From contig DASUUN010000144.1 of NCBI GenBank assembly GCA_036374055.1, positions 1 to 42,109 on the forward strand: 42,109 nt of DNA. The letters are read 5' to 3'. The translations under genes were made by a program, and so were the position numbers. The notes beneath the pieces were generated by a model. It ran no database searches. It saw nothing but the letters and a program-made list of their open reading frames with translations, and was not told the origin of the DNA. Below, piece after piece: positions 33,708-42,100 of the stretch (position 1 is the first letter of the stretch; every line of letters starts with the position of its first letter). This DNA is from Burkholderiales bacterium. GTDB taxonomy: Bacteria; Pseudomonadota; Gammaproteobacteria; Burkholderiales; SG8-39.

Positions 33708-34562
33708 ATGGCAATCGAGTTTCATTCGCTGTCCTACGCGCTCGGCGCGGAGGTCCAGGGCCTGGACATCCGCCGGCCGGTCTCGGGCGCCGACTGGGAG
33801 GCCGTGCACCAGGGGTTCCTGAAATACGGCGTGCTGCTGTTTCGGGGCCAGCGCCTCACGCGGGAGCAGCACATCGCCTTCAGCCGCCTGTTCGGCGAGC
33901 TGGACCGGCACGAATCGCTGCCGCTGGACCGCGACCCGCAGCATCCCGAGCTGCTGATGGTGACCAACGACGCCAAGCCCGACGGTACGCCGTCGAACTC
34001 CCGCTACACCGGCCAGATGTGGCACTCGGACATGTCCTTTACGCTCGCTCCGGCGCTCGGCTCCCTGCTGCGCGCGGTCGACGTGCCGCCCGTGGGCGGC
34101 GATACGATGTTCGCCAACATGTCCCTGGCTTACGAGGCGCTTTCTCCCGCCATGCAGCGCATGCTGGAGGGCCTGCATGGCATTCATCACTCCGAGCGGA
34201 AGAATTCGGGGATGTCGGCGCAATGGGAGGCGGAAAACCGCAAGCGCAATCCGCCGGTCGCGCAGCCGCTCGTCCGCGTGCACCCGGAGACCGGCAGGAA
34301 GGCGCTCTACATCGGCGAGAAGGTCAAATGCCTCGAGGGCCTGACGCCGGAGGAAAGCCAGCCGATCCTGGATTACCTGGTGCGCCACGCGACCCGGCCC
34401 CAGTTCGTCTATCGGCACCGGTGGCAGACCGACGACCTGCTGATCTGGGACAACCGCTGCACCTGCCACCTCGCGCTGGGTGATTACGACCCGACCCGGC
34501 GGCGCCACCTGGAGCGCACCACCGTTCTGGGCACGGCTTCCGGCTATCATGTAGCCCCATGA
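33708..34562 (+). CDS. TauD/TfdA-family Fe(II)/2-oxoglutarate dioxygenase
   Basis: GAEVQGLDI...LLFRGQ.LT.EQHIAFSRLFGEL, the HxD facial-triad region WHSDMSF, then GGDTMFANM and WDNRCTCH. Typical of the taurine dioxygenase family. Confidence 0.9.
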   Translation: MAIEFHSLSYALGAEVQGLDIRRPVSGADWEAVHQGFLKYGVLLFRGQRLTREQHIAFSRLFGELDRHESLPLDRDPQHPELLMVTNDAKPDGTPSNSRYTGQMWHSDMSFTLAPALGSLLRAVDVPPVGGDTMFANMSLAYEALSPAMQRMLEGLHGIHHSERKNSGMSAQWEAENRKRNPPVAQPLVRVHPETGRKALYIGEKVKCLEGLTPEESQPILDYLVRHATRPQFVYRHRWQTDDLLIWDNRCTCHLALGDYDPTRRRHLERTTVLGTASGYHVAP

Positions 34563-34678
34563 AGGATAGCACCGAGCTCATCCGTGTCCGGCAGTCGGCC
34601 AAGCGGCACAAGCTCACCTTGGCCATCTGCGCGCTGCTGGTCATCGTGGGGTTCGTCGGCTGGCTGACGACTCTCTAG
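34559..34678 (+). CDS. Possible 39-aa single-TM small protein translationally coupled to the TauD-like gene
   Basis: ATGA overlap with the TauD stop. Translation is MKDSTELIRVRQSAKRHKLTLAICALLVIVGFVGWLTTL. 36 of 39 third positions are G/C, and it has a basic N-terminus plus one hydrophobic helix. It is below the ORF-track size cut-off. Confidence 0.45.
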   Translation: MKDSTELIRVRQSAKRHKLTLAICALLVIVGFVGWLTTL

Positions 34679-35922
34679 AGGGCGGAGTTCGCGGCGGCCG
34701 AGCGGTCCCACAGCGCCCGCCGCCAGCGGTAGCCGATCCAGACCGTCGCCGCCAGGCCAAGGCCGGCGTAGATCAGCGTGCACGCCGCGTAGCCGAGCCG
34801 CTCGATGATCGGCCCGGCCGCAAGCAGCCCCAGCGGCAGCCCCCAGATGGCGAGCATGCGGATGCCCATGACGGAGCCGCGCATCTCTTCGCTCGATGAG
34901 CGCAGCATGACGGCGGCGAGCGGCGTGAGGCAGAAGCTCTGCACGAATCCCGAAGCGAACAGCAGCACGAGGCCGGGCCCCATGGACCCGGTCTGGCCGA
35001 AAAGCAGGATGGTCACGAACCACGCCGCCGCGGTCCAGAGCATGACGCGCGCGGCCGGCAGCGGCACCCGGTTGGCGCCCACGGCCAGCGAGCCGGCGAG
35101 CGCGCCCGACCAGAAGGCCATGGCAAGGTAGCCCAGCCCCGCCTGCCCGACCCCGTAGACGTCCTTCGCCACGAAGGGCAGCAGGCCGAGGAAGAAAGGG
35201 AAAGCGAGCAGGTTGACGAGGAACGCGATGCCGAACGCGCCGAGCAGATCGGGCTTGTCCCGCACATAGCGGACGGCCTTCATCAGGCTGGCCAGCGTAT
35301 CGGCGTGGGCCTGGCTTTTCGCGGGCGCCGCCACGCCGAGCGACAAAACGAACGCGGCCACGTACATCGCGGTGACCACGGCGTAGGCCGGACCCATGCC
35401 GATGAGCGCCACGCCGCCGGTGCCCGCCAGCGCGCCCACGATCCTTGCCGTGTCCGAGGTCGTCCGCGAGATGGCGAGCGCGCCGATCAGCGCGTCGGGC
35501 CGCATGGTCTGCGCCACCAGGACATGGCGCATGGCCATGTCGGAGGGCCGCAGCAGGCCGGCAAGGGCGGAGACCACGAACACGTGCCATGGAACGAGCG
35601 CGCCGCTCAATGTCAGCACCGCGAGCACGCCCGCGAGAAGCGCATAGAGCGCCCGCGTGGCGCACAGCAGGGGGCGAACGCCGATCCGGTCGCCCACGAT
35701 GCCCAGCCACGGCGAGAAAAGCGTTCCGACCCACGCCAGCGCCGCGATGAGCACGAGGTACTGGACCGAGCCGGTCGCGACGAGCACGTACCATCCGAGG
35801 ATCAGCGCCTCCATCTCGAAGGCCCAGGACGTAGCGAGGTCCGCCGGCCACTGGAACCGGAAGCTGCGCACGCTGAACGGGGCAAGAGCCGGGGCGCGGC
35901 CCCCTGGGGACGGCGATGTCAT
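34675..35922 (-). CDS. MFS transporter
   Basis: ATG 35922 lies 11 nt after the upstream stop. About 12 hydrophobic segments and the loop motif GIVGDRIGVRP (MFS motif A-like). Confidence 0.85.
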   Translation of the reverse strand: MTSPSPGGRAPALAPFSVRSFRFQWPADLATSWAFEMEALILGWYVLVATGSVQYLVLIAALAWVGTLFSPWLGIVGDRIGVRPLLCATRALYALLAGVLAVLTLSGALVPWHVFVVSALAGLLRPSDMAMRHVLVAQTMRPDALIGALAISRTTSDTARIVGALAGTGGVALIGMGPAYAVVTAMYVAAFVLSLGVAAPAKSQAHADTLASLMKAVRYVRDKPDLLGAFGIAFLVNLLAFPFFLGLLPFVAKDVYGVGQAGLGYLAMAFWSGALAGSLAVGANRVPLPAARVMLWTAAAWFVTILLFGQTGSMGPGLVLLFASGFVQSFCLTPLAAVMLRSSSEEMRGSVMGIRMLAIWGLPLGLLAAGPIIERLGYAACTLIYAGLGLAATVWIGYRWRRALWDRSAAANSAL

Positions 35923-35932
35923 CGGTCGATCC

Positions 35933-37054
35933 CTAACGTCGATTGCGCGCGCAGCGGAACCCCACGTCCTCGCCGCGATTTTTCGGGTGGGCGTAGAACC
36001 GCCGGCTCGCGGTGATGCGATCCGCGGGGTCGCGCCAGCCTCCGCCGCGGATCGTCCTGCTGACGTTTTCGTCGTACCAGTCGGCCACCCATTCGGCGCT
36101 GTTGCCCGCCAGGTCATGGATACCGAACGGGCTCGCGCCGGCCGGATGGCTGGCCACGGGCTTGAGCCCGCCTTGGTACGCGCCCGGCGCGCTGTTCCCG
36201 AAGTTCGCCTGGACGGGAGTGGGCGGCGAGTCGCCCCACGGATACTTGCGCGCGTCCGTGCCGCGCGCCGCCTTCTCCCATTCGGCCTCCGACGGCAGGC
36301 GCTTTCCTGCCCATACGCAGTAGGCGCTTGCGTCGTGCCAGTCCACGCCGATCACGGGAAGGCTCGCGTCTTTGGCGAGATCGAGCGCCTCCCAGCCGTC
36401 GGGAAGCCGGACCGAGCCGGTCGCCTCGACGAACTTTCCGTACTGCGAAACCGTGACCTCGTGCCGGTCGAGGCGGAAGGCGTCCAGGTAGACCTCGCGT
36501 TGCGGCGAGTTCTCGTTATCGCCCATCGTGAAGGTCCCGGCGGGAACGAGCACCATGTCCGCCCCCTCCCCGCCTTGGCGGGTCGCAAGCCAGGCGCCGG
36601 TCGCGATCAAGCCTGCCAGCAGCGGCACGGCCGCCTTTATCACCCAGGACCGCCGGCGCTGCCGGCCTATCCGGTGCACCGTGTGCGCCACGGTAGCCGG
36701 GACATTGCCCTCCGGCTGAAGGAAGGTGACCGACTTGAGGAAAGGCGAGATCGAGTCGAGCGGCGTTGGACGCAGCAGCACGGGCAGGAGCTTGCGCGCG
36801 GGATGCTTCCACGTCTTCTCGGCGATCTCCGCCTCCGTCAGCGTGTAGCTGCCGGCATCCAGCGCTTCGGGGCTGATGAGGAACACCAGCAGATCGGTCT
36901 GCTCGATGGCGCGCCGTATCCGGGCGTGGTATTCCTCTCCCGGAGGCAGGTCGTCGCGGTCGAAGAATACGTCGTCGCCCTGCGCGCGCAGCGCGAGCTC
37001 GATGGCCCGCGCCGTGGCGCGGTCCTCGGATGCGTAGCTGAGGAATACCTTCAT
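35933..37054 (-). CDS. TIR domain - single TM helix - FGE-sulfatase (SUMF1/formylglycine-generating-enzyme-like) domain protein
   Basis: N-terminus KVFLSYASEDR...DLLVFLISPEALDAGSYTLTEAEI is a bacterial TIR. RQRRRSW precedes the hydrophobic VIKAAVPLLAGLIATGAWLA. The C-terminus shows MVLVPAGTFTMGDN...HEVTVSQY...GKRLPSEAEWEKAARG...HDLAGNSAEWVADW...GFRCAR, which is an FGE-sulfatase domain. Confidence 0.85.
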   Translation of the reverse strand: MKVFLSYASEDRATARAIELALRAQGDDVFFDRDDLPPGEEYHARIRRAIEQTDLLVFLISPEALDAGSYTLTEAEIAEKTWKHPARKLLPVLLRPTPLDSISPFLKSVTFLQPEGNVPATVAHTVHRIGRQRRRSWVIKAAVPLLAGLIATGAWLATRQGGEGADMVLVPAGTFTMGDNENSPQREVYLDAFRLDRHEVTVSQYGKFVEATGSVRLPDGWEALDLAKDASLPVIGVDWHDASAYCVWAGKRLPSEAEWEKAARGTDARKYPWGDSPPTPVQANFGNSAPGAYQGGLKPVASHPAGASPFGIHDLAGNSAEWVADWYDENVSRTIRGGGWRDPADRITASRRFYAHPKNRGEDVGFRCARNRR

Positions 37055-37068
37055 CGGAAGGCGACATT

Positions 37069-37731
37069 ATGGCCGTCACTGTGCTTAGCTCGCTCGCCCT
37101 GAAAGGGGTGCTCGAGAGGTTGCGCCCGGCGTTCGAGCGGGCTCTCGGTCCGCTGGAGCTGCATTTCGACGCGACGCAGGCGATCGTGCCACGGGTGGGC
37201 CGGGGCGAGCCCGCCGACCTCCTGATCCTCACCCGGGAAGCGATGGACGAGCTGCGCTCGAGCGGCGCCGTCACGCAGGCGTGGCTCCTGGGCAGCTCCG
37301 GGGTCGGCGTGGCGGTGCGCGCAGGCGCGCCCCGGCCCGATATCAGCTCCGTCGACGCGCTGCAGCGCGCGCTTCTATCGGCGCGGTCGGTCGCCCATTC
37401 GAAAGTCGGCGCAAGCGGCATCTACTTCTCCGAGCTTCTGGACCGGCTCGGTATCAGGTTGAAAAAGCGCATCGTGGTGGAAAAGGGGCCGGTCGGCATT
37501 GCCGTGGCGACCGGCGAAGCGGAGCTGGGCGTGCAGCAGTTGTGCGAGCTCGCGCCCGTCCCGGGGATCGAGATCGTCGGGCCGCTCCCCGAGCCGGTCC
37601 AGAAGCTGACGTACTTTTCGGCGGGCATCCCAGCCGGCGCAGCCGATGCCGCGGGCGCCCGCGCCCTCGTCGAGCTGCTGCGCGCGGACGCAGCGCGCGC
37701 CGAAATGATCCAGGGGGGTCTGCAGCCCTAG
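37069..37731 (+). CDS. ModA-like type 2 substrate-binding-fold protein without signal peptide
   Basis: VTVLSSLALKGVLERLRPAFE...ADLLILT...GVGVAVRAGAP resembles molybdate/tungstate-binding family proteins. There is no N-terminal signal. GGAAGG lies 7 nt upstream of the ATG. Confidence 0.65.
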   Translation: MAVTVLSSLALKGVLERLRPAFERALGPLELHFDATQAIVPRVGRGEPADLLILTREAMDELRSSGAVTQAWLLGSSGVGVAVRAGAPRPDISSVDALQRALLSARSVAHSKVGASGIYFSELLDRLGIRLKKRIVVEKGPVGIAVATGEAELGVQQLCELAPVPGIEIVGPLPEPVQKLTYFSAGIPAGAADAAGARALVELLRADAARAEMIQGGLQP

Positions 37732-38576
37732 AGCCGGGCGGCAGCGAAAGTGTCGCAGTCCTGCGGGTTGCCGGACTCCAGGCCGCGCCGGAACCACCGC
37801 ACGCGCTGCTCGGATGAGCCGTGGGTGAACGACTCGGGCACCACGCGGTCCTGGGTCTGCTTCTGCAGGCGGTCATCGCCGATCGCGCTCGCCGCGGCGA
37901 GCGCTTCAGCCACGTCGCCCGCCTGCAGCTGGTTGAGCGTGCCCGCGTGGTGTCCCCAGACGCCCGCGTAGCAATCGGCCTGCAGCTCCATGCGCACCGA
38001 GATGGCGTTGAATTCCTCCCGCGATACGCGGCCTTGTGCCGCCTCCAGCTTGCGAAAGCTACCGGTCAGCCTCTGCACGTGGTGCGCGACCTCGTGCGCG
38101 ATGACGTACGCCTGGGCGAAGTCACCCGGCGCCCCGAAGCGCGTCTGCAGGTCGCGGAAGAACGAAAGGTCGATATACAGCTTCTGGTCGCCGGGGCAGT
38201 AGAACGGCCCCATCGCCGATTGCCCCATGCCGCACGCCGAACGCACCTGCCCGTCGTAGAGCACGAGCGTAGGCGGCCGATACTGGGCGTTGGATTGCTC
38301 GAAAATCTGTCCCCATACGTGCTCCGTGCTGCCGAGCACCCTGGAGGCGAACTGGCCCATCTCGTCCGCCGGTGCGCCCTTCGGCACCTCGCGCGTATCC
38401 TGGGGCGAGCTCACCTGCTCCGCCACGTTGATGACGGTCCCGGGATCGAAACCCAGGAAATAAGCGATGACGGCGATGACGATGGCGCCGACGCCCAGTC
38501 CACCGCCGATCCTGCCGACGCCCATCCCGCGCCGGTCCTCGACGTTGCGGCTCGCGCGCTGGTTGCGCAGATCCAT
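37728..38576 (-). CDS. ypfJ: YpfJ-family putative neutral zinc metallopeptidase
   Basis: RNVEDRRG, one TM helix, GPFYCPGDQKLYIDLSF, the HEVAHH zinc motif, RMELQADCYAGVWG and GDDRLQ...ESFTHGSSEQRVRWF. It aligns closely by eye with E. coli YpfJ. Confidence 0.88.
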   Translation of the reverse strand: MDLRNQRASRNVEDRRGMGVGRIGGGLGVGAIVIAVIAYFLGFDPGTVINVAEQVSSPQDTREVPKGAPADEMGQFASRVLGSTEHVWGQIFEQSNAQYRPPTLVLYDGQVRSACGMGQSAMGPFYCPGDQKLYIDLSFFRDLQTRFGAPGDFAQAYVIAHEVAHHVQRLTGSFRKLEAAQGRVSREEFNAISVRMELQADCYAGVWGHHAGTLNQLQAGDVAEALAAASAIGDDRLQKQTQDRVVPESFTHGSSEQRVRWFRRGLESGNPQDCDTFAAARL

Positions 38577-38618
38577 GCTCGCGAGTGACGCAATATGCGT
38601 GCCGCCGGGCGCTGCCGC

Positions 38619-39548
38619 CTAAACGGTGCCCACCACGTTGCGCAGCACGCCGATTTTCTCCATTTCGCACTCGATGACGTCGCCGGGCTTGAGGTAGCCC
38701 TTCGCGGGCACCAGGGTCTCGCTGCCGTCGCCGCCCACCCATTTGCCGCCGAGCTCGGGGTCGGTGGACCAGGCGGTGCCGCCGGGGGTGCCGGTGATGA
38801 TGATGGTCCCCGGCTGCAGCGTCATGTTGGCGGAGAAGAAGTGGATGAGGTGCGCGCAGGAGAAGATCATGCTGCCGGTGGAGGCCGACTGGCGCAGCTC
38901 GCCGTTGATGCGCGTGCGCAGCCGCAGCGCCTGCGGATCGGAAATCTCGTCGGCGGTGACGATCCACGGCCCGGTGGGCCCGGAGGTCTCGAAGCACTTG
39001 CTGCGGCCGAGCTCGTACCAGGTGAAGCCCTGCTCGTTCCTGCGCACCTGGCGATCGCGCGCGGTGACGTCGTTGACGATGGTATAGCCGAACACGTGCT
39101 CCAGGGCCCGCTCCACCGGGATGTGGCGCCCGGGCTTGCCGATCACCACCGCGAGCTCGGTTTCGGCGTCGAGCTTCTTCGTCAGGCGCTCGTCGTAGAT
39201 GATCTTGTCGCCGTGGCCGATCACGCAGTCGGCGGTCTTGACGAAGAACTCCGGCTCCTTGCCCGAGATCGGCGTGTTCGCCTTCTCCTTGTTGTGGTCC
39301 CGGTAGTTGCTGCCGCTGCACAGCATGGTGGCCGGGCGGATGGGCGGCGCAAGCTTCACCGACGAGAGCGCCCGGCGCGCCGTGGCGGGCGCCTTGGCGA
39401 GGTATGCCTCCGCGGCGCGCCGGCCCTCGGCGCCCGACTCGATGAACGCCTTCATGTCCTTCATCTCCGGCGGCGCATCGACCACATCGTCGCCGACGAT
39501 GAAGCCCAACCGCTCGCTGCCGCCGGCGACGTACGTGGCTACCTTCAT
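38619..39548 (-). CDS. Fumarylacetoacetate hydrolase (FAH) family protein
   Basis: GSNYRDH, ELAVVIG, GYTIVNDVTARD and GTIIITGTPGG are FAH-family motifs. ATGA overlap with the upstream Bug gene. Confidence 0.85.
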   Translation of the reverse strand: MKVATYVAGGSERLGFIVGDDVVDAPPEMKDMKAFIESGAEGRRAAEAYLAKAPATARRALSSVKLAPPIRPATMLCSGSNYRDHNKEKANTPISGKEPEFFVKTADCVIGHGDKIIYDERLTKKLDAETELAVVIGKPGRHIPVERALEHVFGYTIVNDVTARDRQVRRNEQGFTWYELGRSKCFETSGPTGPWIVTADEISDPQALRLRTRINGELRQSASTGSMIFSCAHLIHFFSANMTLQPGTIIITGTPGGTAWSTDPELGGKWVGGDGSETLVPAKGYLKPGDVIECEMEKIGVLRNVVGTV

Positions 39549-40501
39549 TGAGTCTTGCCCATCTTGCGCACCACCTGGGCCAGGCGCTCGCCGTCCGCCT
39601 TGACGAAGGCGGCGAACTCCGGGGCGTCCTGGTACTGGATCGGCGTGTTCACGTTGGCCATCGCCTTCTGGAAGTCCGGGTCGTTCACGGCGCTGCGCAC
39701 CGCTTCGCGCAGCTTGGCGGCGACCTCGGGCGCGAGCCCCGCTGGCGCGAATACCCCGGCCCAGATGTAGAACTCGGCATCCAGCCCGCGCTCCTTGAGG
39801 GTCGGGATGTCCGCGATCTGCGGCAGGCGCTTGGCGCCCCAGGAAGCGAGCGCGCGCACCTTGCCGCCCTTTATGTGGGGGTGCGCGACGGCCGGCGATT
39901 GCGCCGTGACGTGCACTTCGCCCGACAGCAGCGCGAGCATCGAGGGTCCGCCGCCCTTGTACGGCACGTGCAGCATGTTGATGCCCGCCGCCTGGGTGAA
40001 CATCGCCTGGCAGGTGTGCGTGGTGCCGTAGATGCCGGAGGTGCTGTAGCTGATCTTGCCCGGGCGCTTTTTCGCGTCGGCGATCAGGTCCTCGATGGTC
40101 TTCCAGGGGCTGTCGGCGCGCACCAGCAGCACCGTCGGGTCGGCGGCGATGCGCGCGATGGGCGTGAAATCCGACATCCGGTAGGTCGGCTGGCGCCCGT
40201 TTACCTCCTCGGCGGTGGGGATCACCGTGATCGAGGAGAGCGCGTTCATGATGCTGTAGCCGTCGGCCGCCTGCCGCGCGGCGTGCGCATGGCCGACGGC
40301 GCCGCCCGCGCCCGCCTTGTTCTCGATCACGATGGGCTGGCCGAGCGCCTTCGACATGGCTGCGGCGAGCGGGCGGCCGGTGATGTCGGCGATGCCCCCC
40401 GGCGGGAAGGGCACGATCATGGTGATCGGCCGGCTGGGATAGGTTTGCGCCTGCGCCAGCGCGCAGATCGCCGCAAGTGCCAAAGCAGTGATCAGTCTCA
40501 T
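39545..40501 (-). CDS. Tripartite tricarboxylate transporter substrate-binding protein (Bug/TctC family)
   Basis: ATG 40501 is preceded by GGAGGAG. Signal MRLITALALAAICALAQAQ, then YPSRPITMIVPFPPGGIADITGR...ENKAGAGG, the Bug-family hallmark. Confidence 0.9.
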   Translation of the reverse strand: MRLITALALAAICALAQAQTYPSRPITMIVPFPPGGIADITGRPLAAAMSKALGQPIVIENKAGAGGAVGHAHAARQAADGYSIMNALSSITVIPTAEEVNGRQPTYRMSDFTPIARIAADPTVLLVRADSPWKTIEDLIADAKKRPGKISYSTSGIYGTTHTCQAMFTQAAGINMLHVPYKGGGPSMLALLSGEVHVTAQSPAVAHPHIKGGKVRALASWGAKRLPQIADIPTLKERGLDAEFYIWAGVFAPAGLAPEVAAKLREAVRSAVNDPDFQKAMANVNTPIQYQDAPEFAAFVKADGERLAQVVRKMGKTQ

Positions 40502-40527
40502 CGGTACACTCCTCCTCGTTCGTTTGA

Positions 40528-41121
40528 TTATGCGGCGTGCTTGCCCGGCTGCCACCCCTGTTTCGCGAGGTAGCGCTCGCCGACCTCGGTCGGCTCCTCC
40601 TCCAGCGGCGTCGCCATGGTGTCGTTCCAGCGGTTCATGAAGCCGAACAGCGAGATGACGCCCACGATCTCCACCATCTGCCCGTCGCTCCAGTGCCGGC
40701 GCATGGCGGCGAACATCTCGTCGGTGACATCGTTGGGCACCGAGCCGGCGGCGAGCGCGAAGTCGAGCGCCAGGCGCTCGGCTTCGCTGTAAAGCGGGCT
40801 GGAGCGGTAGTCCCAAAGCGCGTCGAGCTTCTTCTCGTCCACGCCGAGCTTCGCCGCGCCGCCCACGGTATGCGCCATGCAGTACCGGCAGCCGGCCGCG
40901 CGGCTGGCGAAATGCGCCAGCAGCCGCTTGAAGCCGCGGTCCACCGCGCTTTCGGGATCCCATACCGCGGCGGCAAGCTGCGCCAGCGCCTGCACCATCT
41001 TGGGCCGGCGCTGCATGATGAGCACGCTGTTGGGGATGAAGCCGAGCGACTTCTCGTACTGCGCGAAAGCCGCGCTCAGGCTGGGATCGGCGTCCGCGGG
41101 CAATGGCGCAAGTCGGGGCAC
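40528..41121 (-). CDS. Carboxymuconolactone decarboxylase (AhpD-like) family / peroxidase-related protein
   Basis: 197 aa. SRAAGCRYCMAHT is a CxxC motif in the AhpD-like fold context. First gene of the CMD-Bug-FAH operon. Confidence 0.75.
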   Translation of the reverse strand: MPRLAPLPADADPSLSAAFAQYEKSLGFIPNSVLIMQRRPKMVQALAQLAAAVWDPESAVDRGFKRLLAHFASRAAGCRYCMAHTVGGAAKLGVDEKKLDALWDYRSSPLYSEAERLALDFALAAGSVPNDVTDEMFAAMRRHWSDGQMVEIVGVISLFGFMNRWNDTMATPLEEEPTEVGERYLAKQGWQPGKHAA

Positions 41122-41245
41122 GTCGCGTCTCCTTCGGAGGGAGCCCCAAGATACCGCGCCGCCCTCAGGGGAGGGTTTCGCATTTCAGTCGGCTGAGAAG
41201 AAATACATTGCTGCACAGCCGCAAACACGCTGAGATAGAGGCCGC

Positions 41246-42100
41246 ATGAAAGTTCCGGCGTTTCTCAAGCGCGCGGCGCGGTTCTGGCGCAGGAGCAAGG
41301 CACCCGGGCGCTTCATCAAGCGCCACTACGCCAACGCGGCGGGCACCCGTGCGTACAAGGTCTATCTGCCGGCGCGCTACGGCGGGCAGTCGCTGCCGCT
41401 GGTGGTGATGCTGCACGGGTGCAAGCAGACGCCCGACGACTTCGCCGACGGCACGCGCATGAACCAGGCCGCCGACGAGCTGGGGTTCATCGTGGCGTAC
41501 CCGTCGCAGGCGCGCATCGCGAACTTTTCGCGCTGCTGGAACTGGTTCTCGCTGCACAACCAGCAGCGCGAGCGGGGCGAGCCGTCGCTGATCGCGGGCA
41601 TTACGCGCGAGGTGATCGAGCGCTACGGCGTGGACGCGCGCCGCGTGTACGTGGCGGGGCTGTCGGCCGGCGGCGCGATGGCGGCGGTCATGGGGGCGAC
41701 CTATCCCGAGCTGTACGCGGCGGTGGGCGTGCACTCGGGCCTGCCCTATGCGTCGGCGCGCGACGCGGTGTCGGCCATCGCCGCGATGCGCGGGCAACGG
41801 GACAAGGTCGCGCCGCTGCCGCAGGTGCCGACGATCGTGTTCCACGGCGACCGCGACACGACGGTGCATCCGCACAACGGCAAGTACGGCGTCGAGGAGG
41901 CCAGGCTGCAGTCGGAGAACGGCGAGGCCGGCGGACGGCCCTATACGCGGACCACTTTCCGGGGCAAGCCCAGGCTCGAGCACTGGCTGGTGCACGGCGC
42001 GGGCCATGCGTGGTCGGGCGGCAATCCGCGCGGCAGCTACGCCGACGCGAGCGGCCCCGACGCCACGCGGGAGATGCTGCGCTTTTTCGCCATCGCCTAG
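41246..42100 (+). CDS. PHB depolymerase family esterase (alpha/beta hydrolase)
   Basis: YKVYLPARY...PLVVMLHGCKQTPDDFA..GT.MN, CWNWF, the nucleophile elbow GLSAGGAM and VFHGDRDTTV. Typical of the esterase/PHB depolymerase family. Confidence 0.85.
   Translation: MKVPAFLKRAARFWRRSKAPGRFIKRHYANAAGTRAYKVYLPARYGGQSLPLVVMLHGCKQTPDDFADGTRMNQAADELGFIVAYPSQARIANFSRCWNWFSLHNQQRERGEPSLIAGITREVIERYGVDARRVYVAGLSAGGAMAAVMGATYPELYAAVGVHSGLPYASARDAVSAIAAMRGQRDKVAPLPQVPTIVFHGDRDTTVHPHNGKYGVEEARLQSENGEAGGRPYTRTTFRGKPRLEHWLVHGAGHAWSGGNPRGSYADASGPDATREMLRFFAIA

Noticed and set aside
34559-34678. The 39-aa ORF as a RiPP precursor for the B12-rSAM enzyme.
   Set aside because: The peptide is dominated by one hydrophobic TM-like helix with a basic N-terminus. 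It is coupled to the TauD-like gene on the opposite strand from the rSAM operon. It looks like a small membrane protein rather than a leader-core peptide.
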